Shown: piece after piece, positions 53,102-63,509 of the stretch
Position numbering within the stretch: the first letter of the stretch is position 1
How the letters are laid out: each line of letters opens with the position of its first letter
Assembly (NCBI GenBank): GCA_963793425.1
Contig: CAWCAG010000005.1
Coordinates: 1,920,001-1,984,000, forward strand
Direction of reading: 5' to 3'
DNA length: 64,000 nucleotides
Origin: an uncultured cyanobacterium
GTDB taxonomy: Bacteria > Cyanobacteriota > Cyanobacteriia > Cyanobacteriales > CAWCAG01
Translations under genes and position numbers: made by a program
The notes under the pieces: model-generated
The model's database searches: none
What the model was told of the DNA's origin: nothing
What the model saw: the letters and a program-made list of their open reading frames with translations, nothing else

Positions 53102-53800
53102 ATGGTTCCTTTAAAGGATGAAAACCCGATTCAGATTACACCTTTTGTTACCTATGCCCTAATTGCCATTAATATACTAGTTTTCCTCTATGAGATAACT
53201 TTAACAGAACCTCAGTTAAATGCTTTTTTTGAGCTTTATGCTATCGTACCAAAAGAGTTGACAGGTAGCTTTAATGGCTTAGTGATTAATCAACCAGTAC
53301 CCGAACCTGTTACCTTAATCACATCTCAGTTTTTACACGGTGGTTTTGCCCATGTAGGCTTTAATATGTTGTTCCTGTGGATTTTTGGTAACAACATTGA
53401 AGAAGAATTAGGACATAGCAAATTTTTAATCTTCTACTTAGCCTGCGGTAGCTTAGCCGCCCTTTGTCAGTGGTTTTTCTCTCCTTTGTCCTTAACTCCT
53501 ACCTTGGGGGCTAGTGGTGCGATCGCCGGAGTTATGGGAGCATATATCCTTAAGTTTCCTGCCGCCCGAATTTTAACCTTAATTCCCCTGGGCTTCTTCT
53601 TCCCCACAGTAAGAGTACCAGCAATTTACTTCCTTGGTTTCTGGTTTGTCCAGCAGGCTTTTAATGGTATAGCCTCTTTAGGAGTTAGGGCTGATATTGG
53701 TATGGAAAGCGGCGGTGTCGCTTATTGGGCTCATGCTGGAGGCTTTGTTTTTGGTGCAATTTTGGGGCCGATGTTGGGGTTGTTTTCTGATTCTAAATAG
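53102..53800 (+). CDS. Rhomboid intramembrane serine protease
   Basis: FLHGG..H..FNM, GASG and AHAGG. Confidence 0.94.
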   Translation: MVPLKDENPIQITPFVTYALIAINILVFLYEITLTEPQLNAFFELYAIVPKELTGSFNGLVINQPVPEPVTLITSQFLHGGFAHVGFNMLFLWIFGNNIEEELGHSKFLIFYLACGSLAALCQWFFSPLSLTPTLGASGAIAGVMGAYILKFPAARILTLIPLGFFFPTVRVPAIYFLGFWFVQQAFNGIASLGVRADIGMESGGVAYWAHAGGFVFGAILGPMLGLFSDSK

Positions 53801-54201
53801 AGAGGATTTCATTGAACATTTGTTAGTGAACTTTTCAACACCGATTTGGTATAAGCACAGCTTTTTCTTGCAAAAGCAAATCATTTAATTATTTAAACCA
53901 AAGTGATTTTTGTGGTTCTTTATGAAGTTAAATTAAGAACGAGGCGACAAGCTCTTTGAAGCTCTTGCTTTTGTAATAGGATTAGTTAAAGATTATTAAA
54001 AATGATACACTTGCTGTTTTGTATCTAAAAATATCCTTAACAAAGTAAAACTCTTGTATATCAAGCTTTACCCCGAATTGCATAGCTTATAAGAAGAGAT
54101 TTAATAGCAATACAAATATCAGACAAATACTTCTTTGATGCCTCAAATTTAATCGCCTATTGACGAAATGACATTTTCGTGAAATAGACAATAAGAAGAA
54201 T

Positions 54202-55086
54202 TTACAAATCCTCTTCGGAGATCATCTTACCAAAACCGACAAATGGTTGATTGGCGATGCCTACGGCCGGCTTTGCCAACGCACCATCTTCTACTTCTTG
54301 TAAAATACTTTGCCAATCTGCTTTAGCTAAGGAATTGGGGTTAGCATCTAATAATTTTGCTAAGCTATTCAAAACTGAATACCAAACACCTTCCTCTGCA
54401 AAAGAAGCAGCTTGTTGAGATAGGGGCTGTTGTTTAATATCAGCCACTTCAGGGCTATTATCTAACTTAATTAATCCAGAAAAGTGAGGATTTCTGGCTA
54501 AATCGGTATCTGCTGGATTGCAAAAAACCATTACTTGCCAGACATAATTTTTACCCGGTTCTAGTTTAGCCCTTGCTTCAGTCTCAGGAACTTTAAGACC
54601 AACTATGCCTGGTTCTTCTGGTAATTCAAAATAGCCGAAAAATATTTCTTTGCTTTGTCTTTTACCTTTCTCATCAACAGCCACAATTTCTTTTAACAAT
54701 AAACTTGCTTTCATAACAGGATTATTGACATCCTGAGACTTACTCGGTACATGGAAAAAAACTGTTGTTATTGGTTCTGCGGTGAGAGGAATTTCTTCAT
54801 CTTCAGCAATTTGACCTTGTGCTTCTGGATCTGGCGGTAGTAAAGAGGTGACTTTTGTATCTTCTGCAAGGCAACCACCACGTCTGGCCCCCGGTCTTCT
54901 TCTACCCCTAACTCTGTATCTACCTCTACGGCGAAATCTTAGCCTTGCTAGTAACAAATCGGATTGATTCAATTCTGTGGTGGATTCACTAGCTGGTGAG
55001 TAAGCTAATGCGGGTAAGCTGCTACCCATAGTTAAAATAACAGCTAAGAGTAAAGGTAGTTTGCGTAGGTGCAAAAAAGACTTCAT
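54202..55086 (-). CDS. DUF928-family exported protein
   Basis: Signal peptide; GARRGGC, LEPGKNYVW, GVWYSVL and DWQSIL. Confidence 0.8.
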   Translation of the reverse strand: MKSFLHLRKLPLLLAVILTMGSSLPALAYSPASESTTELNQSDLLLARLRFRRRGRYRVRGRRRPGARRGGCLAEDTKVTSLLPPDPEAQGQIAEDEEIPLTAEPITTVFFHVPSKSQDVNNPVMKASLLLKEIVAVDEKGKRQSKEIFFGYFELPEEPGIVGLKVPETEARAKLEPGKNYVWQVMVFCNPADTDLARNPHFSGLIKLDNSPEVADIKQQPLSQQAASFAEEGVWYSVLNSLAKLLDANPNSLAKADWQSILQEVEDGALAKPAVGIANQPFVGFGKMISEEDL

Positions 55087-55215
55087 TGCCCAGTTCCTTA
55101 ATATAAATTGCGAAGTTACTAAATTCTGGCTCTAGTTCTTAAAGACTACTATTTTTTAACTCTAGTTTCCGCAAATCAAGAGAAATTTTTTTTGTTTAAT
55201 CTTTTTAAATACAAA

Positions 55216-55253
55216 GCTGGGTTGTGGTACAAGAATCTGTGCCACAACCCAGC
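55216..55253 (-). terminator. Intrinsic terminator-like hairpin after the DUF2808 gene
   Basis: GCTGGGTTGTGG...CCACAACCCAGC stem followed by TTTGTATTT on the minus strand. Confidence 0.7.
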
Positions 55254-55314
55254 CCGATAGTATTTTGGTGCTATTTCGCTGCTAAGCTTTGACAGTTATC
55301 ACCACAAACATACC

Positions 55315-55854
55315 TTAACGATCAATACTAATAATCCAGCTACCAAGATAAAGAGGTAAAGGAACATCATCAGGTGCTAAAGCCCCAGCATGGAAGTAGT
55401 AAGTTCCACCAAAGAAAGGATTCCTAACATTGTGAAGTACAGCTTCTAAACCAGTATCAGCCGGTACAGCTTCTTCTAACTCAAAGCGAATTTGATAATT
55501 TTCTTTATCCCATTGCATACTCTTTAAAGGTAAGGACTCACCATTGGCACGGATTTCCATTTTGCCTTCCCGGTCATCAAACTTACCGTTATAGTAATCA
55601 GGATATTTAATGATTAAAGTTTTGATAGGCTTTTTGACTTTCTTGGAGGCAATCCTTAACTTGTATCTATCAAAGTTGTTGGGTTGTCCCCCAAAATCTA
55701 AGTGATAGCTGAGGATATCGGGTCTTTCAATACCACTGAAAAGAGTTACGCCACCATCAGCCTTGACTAGAGTAGGAACACCTACACCAACCAAACAACT
55801 CGTTGCAGCCAAAACAGAAAGGATAATTCGTTTAGTAAGTTTTTTAGTGAACAT
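55315..55854 (-). CDS. DUF2808-family protein
   Basis: Signal peptide; LSYHLDFG, YPDYYNG, VRNPFFGGTYYF and YLGSWIISI. Confidence 0.8.
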   Translation of the reverse strand: MFTKKLTKRIILSVLAATSCLVGVGVPTLVKADGGVTLFSGIERPDILSYHLDFGGQPNNFDRYKLRIASKKVKKPIKTLIIKYPDYYNGKFDDREGKMEIRANGESLPLKSMQWDKENYQIRFELEEAVPADTGLEAVLHNVRNPFFGGTYYFHAGALAPDDVPLPLYLGSWIISIDR

Positions 55855-55925
55855 CTTCTAGCGCTAGATAGGTTAATATTTGCAACAAAGTAACTAATCT
55901 TTACTCTTCGTAGACTGTAGCATCT

Positions 55926-56189
55926 GTGACATACTCCCACACTTACAGCAATCTGAAGTGTGGGCTTCTCACCAACTCCGGCTATTGCTTAGGATCTAAG
56001 GTGAGCTTTATTGACGATACGGGATGCCCCTCCGCACCGGGTTTGAGGAAATTTTCAAAAGTTGAATGTAGGCTGCATTTACGCATTTAATTGGGTTACA
56101 CCTACTTAACTGATGATAGCATAAACCTCGTCTCGGCTTCGGTGTCACCGCCTCACTACGTGTAGGCGGAAGGCTTCCCGCCGAGAGAG
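55926..56189 (-). mobile_element. Non-autonomous IS200/IS605-family element (TnpB-derived, both ends retained)
   Basis: Right-end hairpin CCCACACTT...AAGTGTGGG ending GTATGTCAC; left-end hairpins after TTTAG; residual TnpB-like tail GAEGHPVS; no transposase. Confidence 0.75.
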
Positions 56190-56421
56190 CTAAAGCCTTA
56201 GTTGTATTAATTGACGTTAACGAAAACCGAAAGTGCCAACAAAAATTCTCTGCAAAACTATAAGACAAGTTAAAGAACGTCAGAGAAAATTGAGGATCAG
56301 CCTAAGATGCCATATAAATAAGTAGGAAAGGTAAGAAATCGAAGATTCGAGTTGACATTAAAACCTGAATGTGTTTGGCTTTGTCCTATATTTGATCTTA
56401 ACCAGTTAATAAGGAGAGTTC

Positions 56422-57561
56422 ATGAAAATAGCGGTTGCCAAAGAAATTGAAGTTGGCGAACGTCGAGTAGCCCTAATTCCAGATACCGTAGCTAAACTAA
56501 CTAAAAAAGGTTGGGAAATCTGGGTAGAAAAAGGTGCAGGATCAGCTTCTTTATGCCCAGATGAAGCTTATCAAGAGGCTGGGGCCAAGCTAATTGACGA
56601 TACTATAGCCCTTTGGAGCGAAGCTGATATCATCCTCAAAGTGGCAGCACCAAAGGATGAAGAAATAGAGCGCTTATCAGCAGGTAAAACTTTAATTAGT
56701 TTGCTTAATCCTTTAGGGAAACCAGAACAAGTCCAAAAACTAGCGGATAAAAAAGTAACCACCTTCGCTATGGAGTTGATTCCCCGCACTAGTCGAGCCC
56801 AAAGTATGGATGTCCTTTCTTCCCAAGCTGGGGTAGCGGGTTATAAAGCTGTCTTAATTGCTGCTGCGGCCCTACCGAAATTCTTCCCCATGTTAACCAC
56901 CGCCGCCGGAACTATTCGTCCGGCGAAAGTATTTATTATTGGTGCTGGGGTAGCTGGTTTACAAGCGATCGCCACAGCCAGAAGATTAGGGGCAATGGTA
57001 GAAGCTTTTGATATTCGTCCTGCGGTTAAAGAAGAAGTACAAAGCTTAGGGGCGAAGTTTGTCGAAGTTAAGTTAGAAGAAAATACCGTAGCCGAAGGTG
57101 GTTACGCCAAAGAAGTTTCTGATGACTCCAAAAAACGCTCTCAAGAATTAATCGCCGAGAGTGTTAAAAATGCTGATGTAGTTATTACCACTGCCCAAGT
57201 ACCTGGTAGAAAAGCCCCTGTTTTAGTTACAGAAGCGATGGTAGCGGCTATGAAACCAGGGGCAGTAATAGTGGATCTGGCGGGGGAACAAGGAGGAAAT
57301 TGTGAATTAACCGAAGCTGGCAAAGATGTTCAGCATCATGGCGTAACTATAATTGGCCCCATTAACCTACCTTCTTCTGTATCCGTCCATGCTAGCCAGA
57401 TGTACGCCAAGAATATCTCCACCCTACTACAGTTTTTAATTAAAGAAAGCGAATTAGAACTAGATTTCGCAGACGACATCACTAACAGCACTTGCCTCAC
57501 CTACAACGGCGAAATTCGTAACCAAAGAGTCAAGGATGCTTTAGGAGTCGCCGTAGGGTAG
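56422..57561 (+). CDS. pntA: NAD(P) transhydrogenase alpha subunit, domain I
   Basis: ERRVAL, RAQSMDVLSSQ, GAGVAGLQA and GGYAKE. Confidence 0.96.
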   Translation: MKIAVAKEIEVGERRVALIPDTVAKLTKKGWEIWVEKGAGSASLCPDEAYQEAGAKLIDDTIALWSEADIILKVAAPKDEEIERLSAGKTLISLLNPLGKPEQVQKLADKKVTTFAMELIPRTSRAQSMDVLSSQAGVAGYKAVLIAAAALPKFFPMLTTAAGTIRPAKVFIIGAGVAGLQAIATARRLGAMVEAFDIRPAVKEEVQSLGAKFVEVKLEENTVAEGGYAKEVSDDSKKRSQELIAESVKNADVVITTAQVPGRKAPVLVTEAMVAAMKPGAVIVDLAGEQGGNCELTEAGKDVQHHGVTIIGPINLPSSVSVHASQMYAKNISTLLQFLIKESELELDFADDITNSTCLTYNGEIRNQRVKDALGVAVG

Positions 57562-57568
57562 GGGTAAA

Positions 57569-57628
57569 GTAATAAGTAATAGGTAATAAGTAATAGGTAA
57601 TAAGTAATAGGTAATAAGTAATAAGTAA
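57569..57628. repeat. Heptamer tandem repeat array
   Basis: GTAATA(A/G) x8 between the two pntA parts. Confidence 0.9.
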
Positions 57629-57739
57629 GACAAAAGATTACTATTTACTGTAGGGCTTAGCCATTGACGCATCTATTACTGTTTACTGATAATCTCCCCA
57701 TCTCCTCTCAAAATCTCCAATCTATAAATCAAGTACAAA

Positions 57740-58033
57740 ATGACATCAACATTAATAGCCAGTTTATTCATCTTCGTATTGGCCGGTTTTGTTGGCTTTG
57801 AAGTCATCAACAAAGTACCGCCAACTCTCCATACTCCTTTAATGTCTGGGGCTAATGCCATTTCTGGTATTGCTGTCATTGGTGCTTTACTCATCTCCAG
57901 TGCTAGTGATTCTCCCCTCACCGTTATTTTAGGTTTAATCGCCGTCGTACTAGCCACAATCAATGTCGTAGGCGGTTTCTTGGTAACCGACAGAATGCTG
58001 CAAATGTTCAAAAAAAAGGAAGTTAAAGCATGA
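57740..58033 (+). CDS. pntA: NAD(P) transhydrogenase alpha subunit, membrane part
   Basis: VPPTLHTPLMSGANAISG and GGFLVTDRML. Confidence 0.95.
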   Translation: MTSTLIASLFIFVLAGFVGFEVINKVPPTLHTPLMSGANAISGIAVIGALLISSASDSPLTVILGLIAVVLATINVVGGFLVTDRMLQMFKKKEVKA

Positions 58034-59442
58034 ATATAGTTGAATTTTTGCCCACAGGAATACAGCTTAGTTATTTAGTTGCTGCTTCTTTGTTTATTAT
58101 TGGCTTAAAAAAGCTCGGTTCCCCAGCTACTGCCCGTAATGGTAACTTACTAGCAGCAGTGGGAATGCTTTTAGCTGTGGTCGTTACCTTATTAGACAGC
58201 CAGGTATTAAACTACCGAATGGTACTTATTGCGATCGCCATTGGTTCAGTCCTTGGTGCAGTTATTGCCCGTGCTGTATCTATGACAGCCATGCCGCAAA
58301 TGGTGGGCTTACTTAACGGTTTAGGTGGTGCAGCTTCTGCTTTAGTTGCTGTGGGCGAGTTTTGGCGCTTATTACATTCTCCCCAAGCTGTCCCCCTAGA
58401 TGCTACCATCACCGTCATCCTTGGTATCTTAATTGGCGGTGTTACCCTCACAGGCAGCTTAATAGCCGTAGGTAAGTTGCAAGGGCTTATTTCTGGTAAA
58501 CCAGTACAATTCCCTCTCCAACAACCAATTAACGCCTTACTACTAATCAGCTTCTTGGTTTGTAGTGGCTTTTTACTCGTCACCCCAGAAAGCCAGCCCA
58601 TTTTCCTCGCTTCTATCGCCATTTCTTCGGTTTTAGGAATTTTATTCGTCCTACCCATCGGCGGAGGAGATATGCCTGTGGTTATCTCCTTACTTAACTC
58701 CTTATCGGGTTTAGCAGCAAGTGCTGCTGGTTTTGTAGTGATGAACAATATGCTCATCGTTGCTGGGGCTTTAGTGGGAACTTCCGGCTTAATTCTCACC
58801 CAAATTATGTGTAAAGGTATGAACCGTACCTTAAGCAGTGTCCTTTTTGGTGCTTTTGGTGGTGGTAACACCTCTAGTACTGGCGGTGCTAGCGGCGACA
58901 TGGGAGATCAAGTCGTCCGTTCCATTGGTGCTGAAGAAGGAGCTATGATGATCGGTTATGCTCGTTCTGTGGTAATTGTACCCGGTTACGGCATGGCGGT
59001 TGCCCAAGCACAACACGCTGTTAAGGAATTATCAGATCAATTAGAAAAGTTGGGAGTAGAAGTTAAGTATGCCATCCATCCCGTGGCAGGAAGGATGCCA
59101 GGGCATATGAACGTCTTGTTGGCAGAAGCGAATGTTCCTTATCCTCAACTTTATGATATGGAGGATATTAATCCTCAGTTTGACCAAACCGATGTCGCTT
59201 TAGTTATCGGCGCAAATGATGTGGTTAACCCTGCTGCCCGTTCTGATCAAGGTAGCCCTATTTATGGTATGCCCATTTTAGAAGTAGACCGAGCTAAAAA
59301 TACCATTGTCATCAAACGTGGCATGAGTGCTGGTTTTTCTGGTGTCCAAAACGAATTGTTTTTCAAAGATAAAACAATGATGCTTTTTGGCAGTGCCAAG
59401 GATGTTGTTGGGCAACTAGCAGAAGAAGTTAAGCAGCTTTAA
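58030..59442 (+). CDS. pntB: NAD(P) transhydrogenase beta subunit
   Basis: GGGDMPVVISLLNS, PGYGMAVAQAQH and HPVAGRMPGHMNV. Confidence 0.97.
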   Translation: MNIVEFLPTGIQLSYLVAASLFIIGLKKLGSPATARNGNLLAAVGMLLAVVVTLLDSQVLNYRMVLIAIAIGSVLGAVIARAVSMTAMPQMVGLLNGLGGAASALVAVGEFWRLLHSPQAVPLDATITVILGILIGGVTLTGSLIAVGKLQGLISGKPVQFPLQQPINALLLISFLVCSGFLLVTPESQPIFLASIAISSVLGILFVLPIGGGDMPVVISLLNSLSGLAASAAGFVVMNNMLIVAGALVGTSGLILTQIMCKGMNRTLSSVLFGAFGGGNTSSTGGASGDMGDQVVRSIGAEEGAMMIGYARSVVIVPGYGMAVAQAQHAVKELSDQLEKLGVEVKYAIHPVAGRMPGHMNVLLAEANVPYPQLYDMEDINPQFDQTDVALVIGANDVVNPAARSDQGSPIYGMPILEVDRAKNTIVIKRGMSAGFSGVQNELFFKDKTMMLFGSAKDVVGQLAEEVKQL

Positions 59443-59512
59443 TGCAATTAGATAGCAAAAGTTAAAAAAAGCTTAAGAATATCTTTCTTTACTTTTGCAG
59501 TACTCTTTTAAT

Positions 59513-59560
59513 AAATAGCTTATTAGAGAATTTTATCATCTCAGAATAAGCTATTTTTTT
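59513..59560 (+). terminator. Terminator-like hairpin after pntB
   Basis: AAATAGCTTATT...AATAAGCTATTT followed by a T run. Confidence 0.55.
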
Positions 59561-59644
59561 ATTGGAAAATATTCGCAATTTTGGTTAAGATATGTTAAAA
59601 GATATATGAGTTTTTATAAAAAAGTTATAAATCAGGAGATTTAA

Positions 59645-60463
59645 GTGGGTTACTCTGTTGAGGTAAATGGGGATAGTTTTCGCAGCGAGGTTATCGAAAA
59701 GTCTTTTGAAAAATTAGTTATAGTAGACTTTTTTGCTACTTGGTGTGGCCCTTGCAAACTGCTTAAGCCAATTTTAGAGAAACTGGTTAAAGAATATGAT
59801 TTTGTCTTTGCGAAGGTGGATATTGACCAAAACCAAGACTTAGCAGACAAGTTTAAAGTAGAAGGAGTTCCTGATGTCAGGATTTTTAACAAAGGAGAAA
59901 TGCTGCCAGGATTTGTTGGGGTTTTTCAAGAATCTCAAATTAGAGATTTGCTAGAGAAGTTAAATCTTACTTCAAGTTTAGAACAAGGATTAACCGAAGC
60001 AAAAGTCTCCGTAGCCATGGGAGATATGCAGGCAGCGAAAAGGATCTATGATAGTTTATTTGAGATGTATCCTGACCATAGTAGATTAGTTATTGAAGCT
60101 GCCAAATTTTTGATACGCTGCAATCAATTGGATGCTGCTAATAACTTTTTAAACCGAGTCAGTATAGAAGATCAAGAATACGCTCCTAAAGCCCAAGCCG
60201 TCAAAGCTTTGATTCAGCTTAAGTTAGAAGCTGACAATCCTGGAGAAAATGAATTAGATAAACTCTACACAAAAGCAGCAGGGCTTGCCGTAGCAGAAGA
60301 ATATGAAAGGGCTTTGAAAATCTTTTTAGATATTGTGGGTAGGAGTCGTCAATATAAGCAAGATGGGGCAAGAAAAGCGATGTTAGCGATCTTCAATTTG
60401 TTAGGTAAAAAGCACCGTTTAACTCAAGTTTATCAACAAGAATTAATGTTAACTTTGTACTAA
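59645..60463 (+). CDS. Thioredoxin-TPR chaperedoxin (CnoX/YbbN-like)
   Basis: WCGPC plus C-terminal TPR-like helices ending ARKAMLAIF...TLY. Confidence 0.9.
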   Translation: MGYSVEVNGDSFRSEVIEKSFEKLVIVDFFATWCGPCKLLKPILEKLVKEYDFVFAKVDIDQNQDLADKFKVEGVPDVRIFNKGEMLPGFVGVFQESQIRDLLEKLNLTSSLEQGLTEAKVSVAMGDMQAAKRIYDSLFEMYPDHSRLVIEAAKFLIRCNQLDAANNFLNRVSIEDQEYAPKAQAVKALIQLKLEADNPGENELDKLYTKAAGLAVAEEYERALKIFLDIVGRSRQYKQDGARKAMLAIFNLLGKKHRLTQVYQQELMLTLY

Positions 60464-60855
60464 CCTTCAACAATAATTTTAGCTATCATACCTGCACCAC
60501 GATGAGGTTGGCAGTAATAGTCATATTCCCCCGCCGGAGCATCTTCTGGAAACTGGGTAGAATAGGATTGACCCGCGCTAAACATTAGTTTCGGATTAGA
60601 AAGCTGTCTTGATAAAGCACTATCTCCACTAGGTACTCTCCAAAAGACAACATTGTGAGGAGCCAGTTTGTTCATCACAAATTTAATTGTATCTCCTGGC
60701 TCAATAGTCAAGATTTCTGGGACAAATTCCAACTCCCCGCTATCGGTTCCCATTTTAACTGTGTAGGTTTGAGCTTGAGCTGGCTGAGCTGATAGAATAA
60801 AACTTGCCACAACAAGCATTAAGATCGTTAATTGTTTGAGTATTTTCTTAATCAA
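60460..60855 (-). CDS. petE: Plastocyanin
   Basis: PHNVVF and YYCQPHRGAGM type-1 copper ligands; signal peptide. Confidence 0.93.
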   Translation of the reverse strand: MIKKILKQLTILMLVVASFILSAQPAQAQTYTVKMGTDSGELEFVPEILTIEPGDTIKFVMNKLAPHNVVFWRVPSGDSALSRQLSNPKLMFSAGQSYSTQFPEDAPAGEYDYYCQPHRGAGMIAKIIVEG

Positions 60856-60976
60856 CTTAATTGTTTCCTTTTTTGAATAAAATCAATCAATAAAAAACGG
60901 TAACAAACAGTTAATAAAAAAATCATCTGTCTGCACCGTTTCTGTTACATAGGTAGTTCCTTAATTCTTTTGAAAC

Positions 60977-61498
60977 TTAGTTGTAAACCTTACCACCTCC
61001 CCACACTTTACCAAGTATCTTCTGTTGTACAAGAATGTGGCCAGCAATATCTTCTAAATCCTCTTCAGTAAGGTTTCTCATGGAGAGCCAAATATCAGAT
61101 CTACTGGTGTTGGGGTGTATCTCTTTCAGGTCAATTTCCCCATCATAACTAGTGGGGTTTTCCATGTAATCAACCAATGCCAACACATTGTCTCGGCGAG
61201 GTTCAGCCCCCTCAAGGGCCTCTTGATTTAAGGTAACATTAGGATTGGTTTTTGTTCTGCCGGCGGCATGGCATTTAGAACAGGTGTTGCGAAATAATCG
61301 CTGTCCTTGATCAAGCTGTTTGGTACTGAAAACAACTTCTTCCCCTCCTTCATTTAAAGGTACTGTGCGGACACTTTCTTCTAGTTCATAAGCAGAAGCA
61401 TTGGCGATACCTAATTGAAAGGTAAACAACAAAGTGGCTACAGTTACCCATAAAAGTCGCTTGAGGTTGGTTCTCCTCAAAAAAATTGGCTTTTTCAT
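60977..61498 (-). CDS. psbV: Photosystem II cytochrome c550
   Basis: RTVPLN, CSKCH, NPTSYDG, IHP and WGGGKVY. Confidence 0.93.
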   Translation of the reverse strand: MKKPIFLRRTNLKRLLWVTVATLLFTFQLGIANASAYELEESVRTVPLNEGGEEVVFSTKQLDQGQRLFRNTCSKCHAAGRTKTNPNVTLNQEALEGAEPRRDNVLALVDYMENPTSYDGEIDLKEIHPNTSRSDIWLSMRNLTEEDLEDIAGHILVQQKILGKVWGGGKVYN

Positions 61499-61731
61499 GA
61501 TTGTTGGTTTTATACAGCAATAACTCAATCTATTTATTTCATCCCAGCTAGGATTAGCTGAAATAAGCACTTTAAAAGAGCGTTTTAGAATAATCTTCAT
61601 AAACTAATGAAGTTAGTTTCTGCGATGATTGTCGCAAAATTCTTAACGAGCTTCGGCCTAGCTGTAAAGAAACTATAGACTTGTTCTCATAAATATCATG
61701 CCATGAGCGATGCTCAATGATAACTGTTCAT

Positions 61732-61757
61732 TGTACGGCTTGCCGTTGCCGTTAGGC
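61732..61757 (+). repeat. 26-bp dispersed repeat copy
   Basis: TGTACGGCTTGCCGTTGCCGTTAGGC, identical to 63510-63535. Confidence 0.85.
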
Positions 61758-61776
61758 TTCATTGATAACTATTAAT

Positions 61777-62568
61777 TTATGTTAAGTAGGGGCGACAAAT
61801 AGATAAGGAATCATGAAGATTGACTACATTACCAATAACGGCAATGGCTGGTGCTGTGAATTTATTTTCTTCTACTTGCTTGACGATGGTTTCTAAACGA
61901 CCAATTAGTTGCTGTTGTTCTGGCCTTGTTCCCCAACGTACTAGGGCAATAGGGGTTGTGGCCGCTAAACCTGCTGTTTGTAATTCAGAAACTATGTGGG
62001 GTAGGTTGTGAACGCCCATATAAATAACAATAGTTTCTGAACCTTTAGCGATTCCACTCCAATCTACTTGAGGGCGATATTTACCTACTGACTCATGACC
62101 GGTAACGAAGGTGACAGAGGAACTATAATTGCGATGGGTAACAGGGATTCCAGCATAAGCAGGGGCCGCAATTCCGGAGGTTATTCCTGGTACAACTTCC
62201 ACAGAAACTCCTGCTGCTAACAAGTCTTGCATTTCTTCTCCACCACGACCGAAAACAAAAGGATCACCACCTTTGAGGCGTACTACCACAGCGTTGGTTT
62301 GGGCTTTTTCTATTAATAATTTAGTGGTTTCGTCTTGCAATTTTGAATGACGACCTCTCCTTTTCCCTGCATCAATACGTTCGGCACGGGAACCAATCAT
62401 CCCTAAAATCGGTTCACTGACTAAAGCATCATAAATAACCACATCAGCGTGTTCGAGTAAAGTTTTCCCTTTTAAAGTAAAAAGTCCTGGATCTCCTGGC
62501 CCAGCACCAACTAAATAAACTTTACCTTGGCAGGGAGATTGCTTAATAGGAATATTTGCTTGATTCAT
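61777..62568 (-). CDS. cobA: Uroporphyrinogen-III C-methyltransferase
   Basis: LVGAGPGDPGL, RLKGGDPFVFGRGGEE and GIPVTHR. Confidence 0.96.
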   Translation of the reverse strand: MNQANIPIKQSPCQGKVYLVGAGPGDPGLFTLKGKTLLEHADVVIYDALVSEPILGMIGSRAERIDAGKRRGRHSKLQDETTKLLIEKAQTNAVVVRLKGGDPFVFGRGGEEMQDLLAAGVSVEVVPGITSGIAAPAYAGIPVTHRNYSSSVTFVTGHESVGKYRPQVDWSGIAKGSETIVIYMGVHNLPHIVSELQTAGLAATTPIALVRWGTRPEQQQLIGRLETIVKQVEENKFTAPAIAVIGNVVNLHDSLSICRPYLT

Positions 62569-62621
62569 AGAACAATTTTCATACTAGTTAAATATATCTA
62601 TCTCTAATTAGCGATTAGCGA

Positions 62622-63416
62622 TTAGCAAACATTAAGTTTTTCAGCAACTAAATCAGCTAGTTCAGTAGTTGTTCCTAAAGGTTCTCCTAAAAGGAGTTGG
62701 AGATGGGTATAATTGCTTTGTAGCTGTTGGAATTGGGTGGCGATCGCTTCTGTTATGCCGCCGTTAAAAAGGAAGTAAGGTAGGATAGCAATTTTTTGAT
62801 GTCCGATGGCTTCTAAGGCTGTTACTTGGGCTTGTAAATTAGGTTCTACAGACCAATAAGCAACTGCGGCGTTTAAACTTGAAGCCATAGCTTTGACAGG
62901 TTGATTGCCTCCTAAGCGGCGACTTCCATGGGAAAGAAGAATTCTGGCTGAGGTAGGAAATTGAGCGAACTTATGAGCTAATATCTCTTTTAAATCATTA
63001 TTACTACCGAGATAGGGTAATAGTTCGAGGTTGATTTCTTCAGGGATATTTTTCTGTGCCACAGCAATTTCATTCGGAATATCCTCTTTAACATGAACTC
63101 CAGCTAAAAGGAACATTGGTAAGATTTTTACTTGTTTTATTCCTACTTGTTGTGCTTGGAGAGCAAATTGGGTAATACTTTGATGTAAAGAAGTTTCTCC
63201 TAATTCTAAAACTGCTGTGGCTATTAAAGGAGAGGCAGTTTTGTTGAGTAAAGCTAAGGAGTTGGGTTGCTGCTTCTGTAACGATAGTGGAGGAGTATCC
63301 TGAACAACTAGCCCTAAACGCTGTTGAATAAGATAAGCTAGCCTTTGCCCAGCTATTTGTGGTCGAGGATCACGGCTACCATGAAATATAAGTAGGTATG
63401 CAGAAGATAATGTCAA
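62622..63416 (-). CDS. cbiX: Sirohydrochlorin chelatase (two CbiX domains)
   Basis: HGSRDP, PMFLLAGVHVKEDI and second HGSRR. Confidence 0.85.
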   Translation of the reverse strand: MTLSSAYLLIFHGSRDPRPQIAGQRLAYLIQQRLGLVVQDTPPLSLQKQQPNSLALLNKTASPLIATAVLELGETSLHQSITQFALQAQQVGIKQVKILPMFLLAGVHVKEDIPNEIAVAQKNIPEEINLELLPYLGSNNDLKEILAHKFAQFPTSARILLSHGSRRLGGNQPVKAMASSLNAAVAYWSVEPNLQAQVTALEAIGHQKIAILPYFLFNGGITEAIATQFQQLQSNYTHLQLLLGEPLGTTTELADLVAEKLNVC

Positions 63417-63509
63417 GGTAGTTTAAATAAAAGTTAGTTTTTTAAAAATTTATCCTTTTATTTCAGGATATTCTGTATCAATGGTCAGTTATCAGTTATC
63501 AGTTATCAA

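Noticed and set aside
56008..56268. 86-aa ORF
   Set aside because: It crosses the boundary of the IS605-derived element and its hairpins; not a credible gene.
58212..58901. 229-aa antisense ORF, and similar short antisense ORFs elsewhere in the track
   Set aside because: It lies fully inside pntB on the opposite strand; a typical shadow of a hydrophobic gene.
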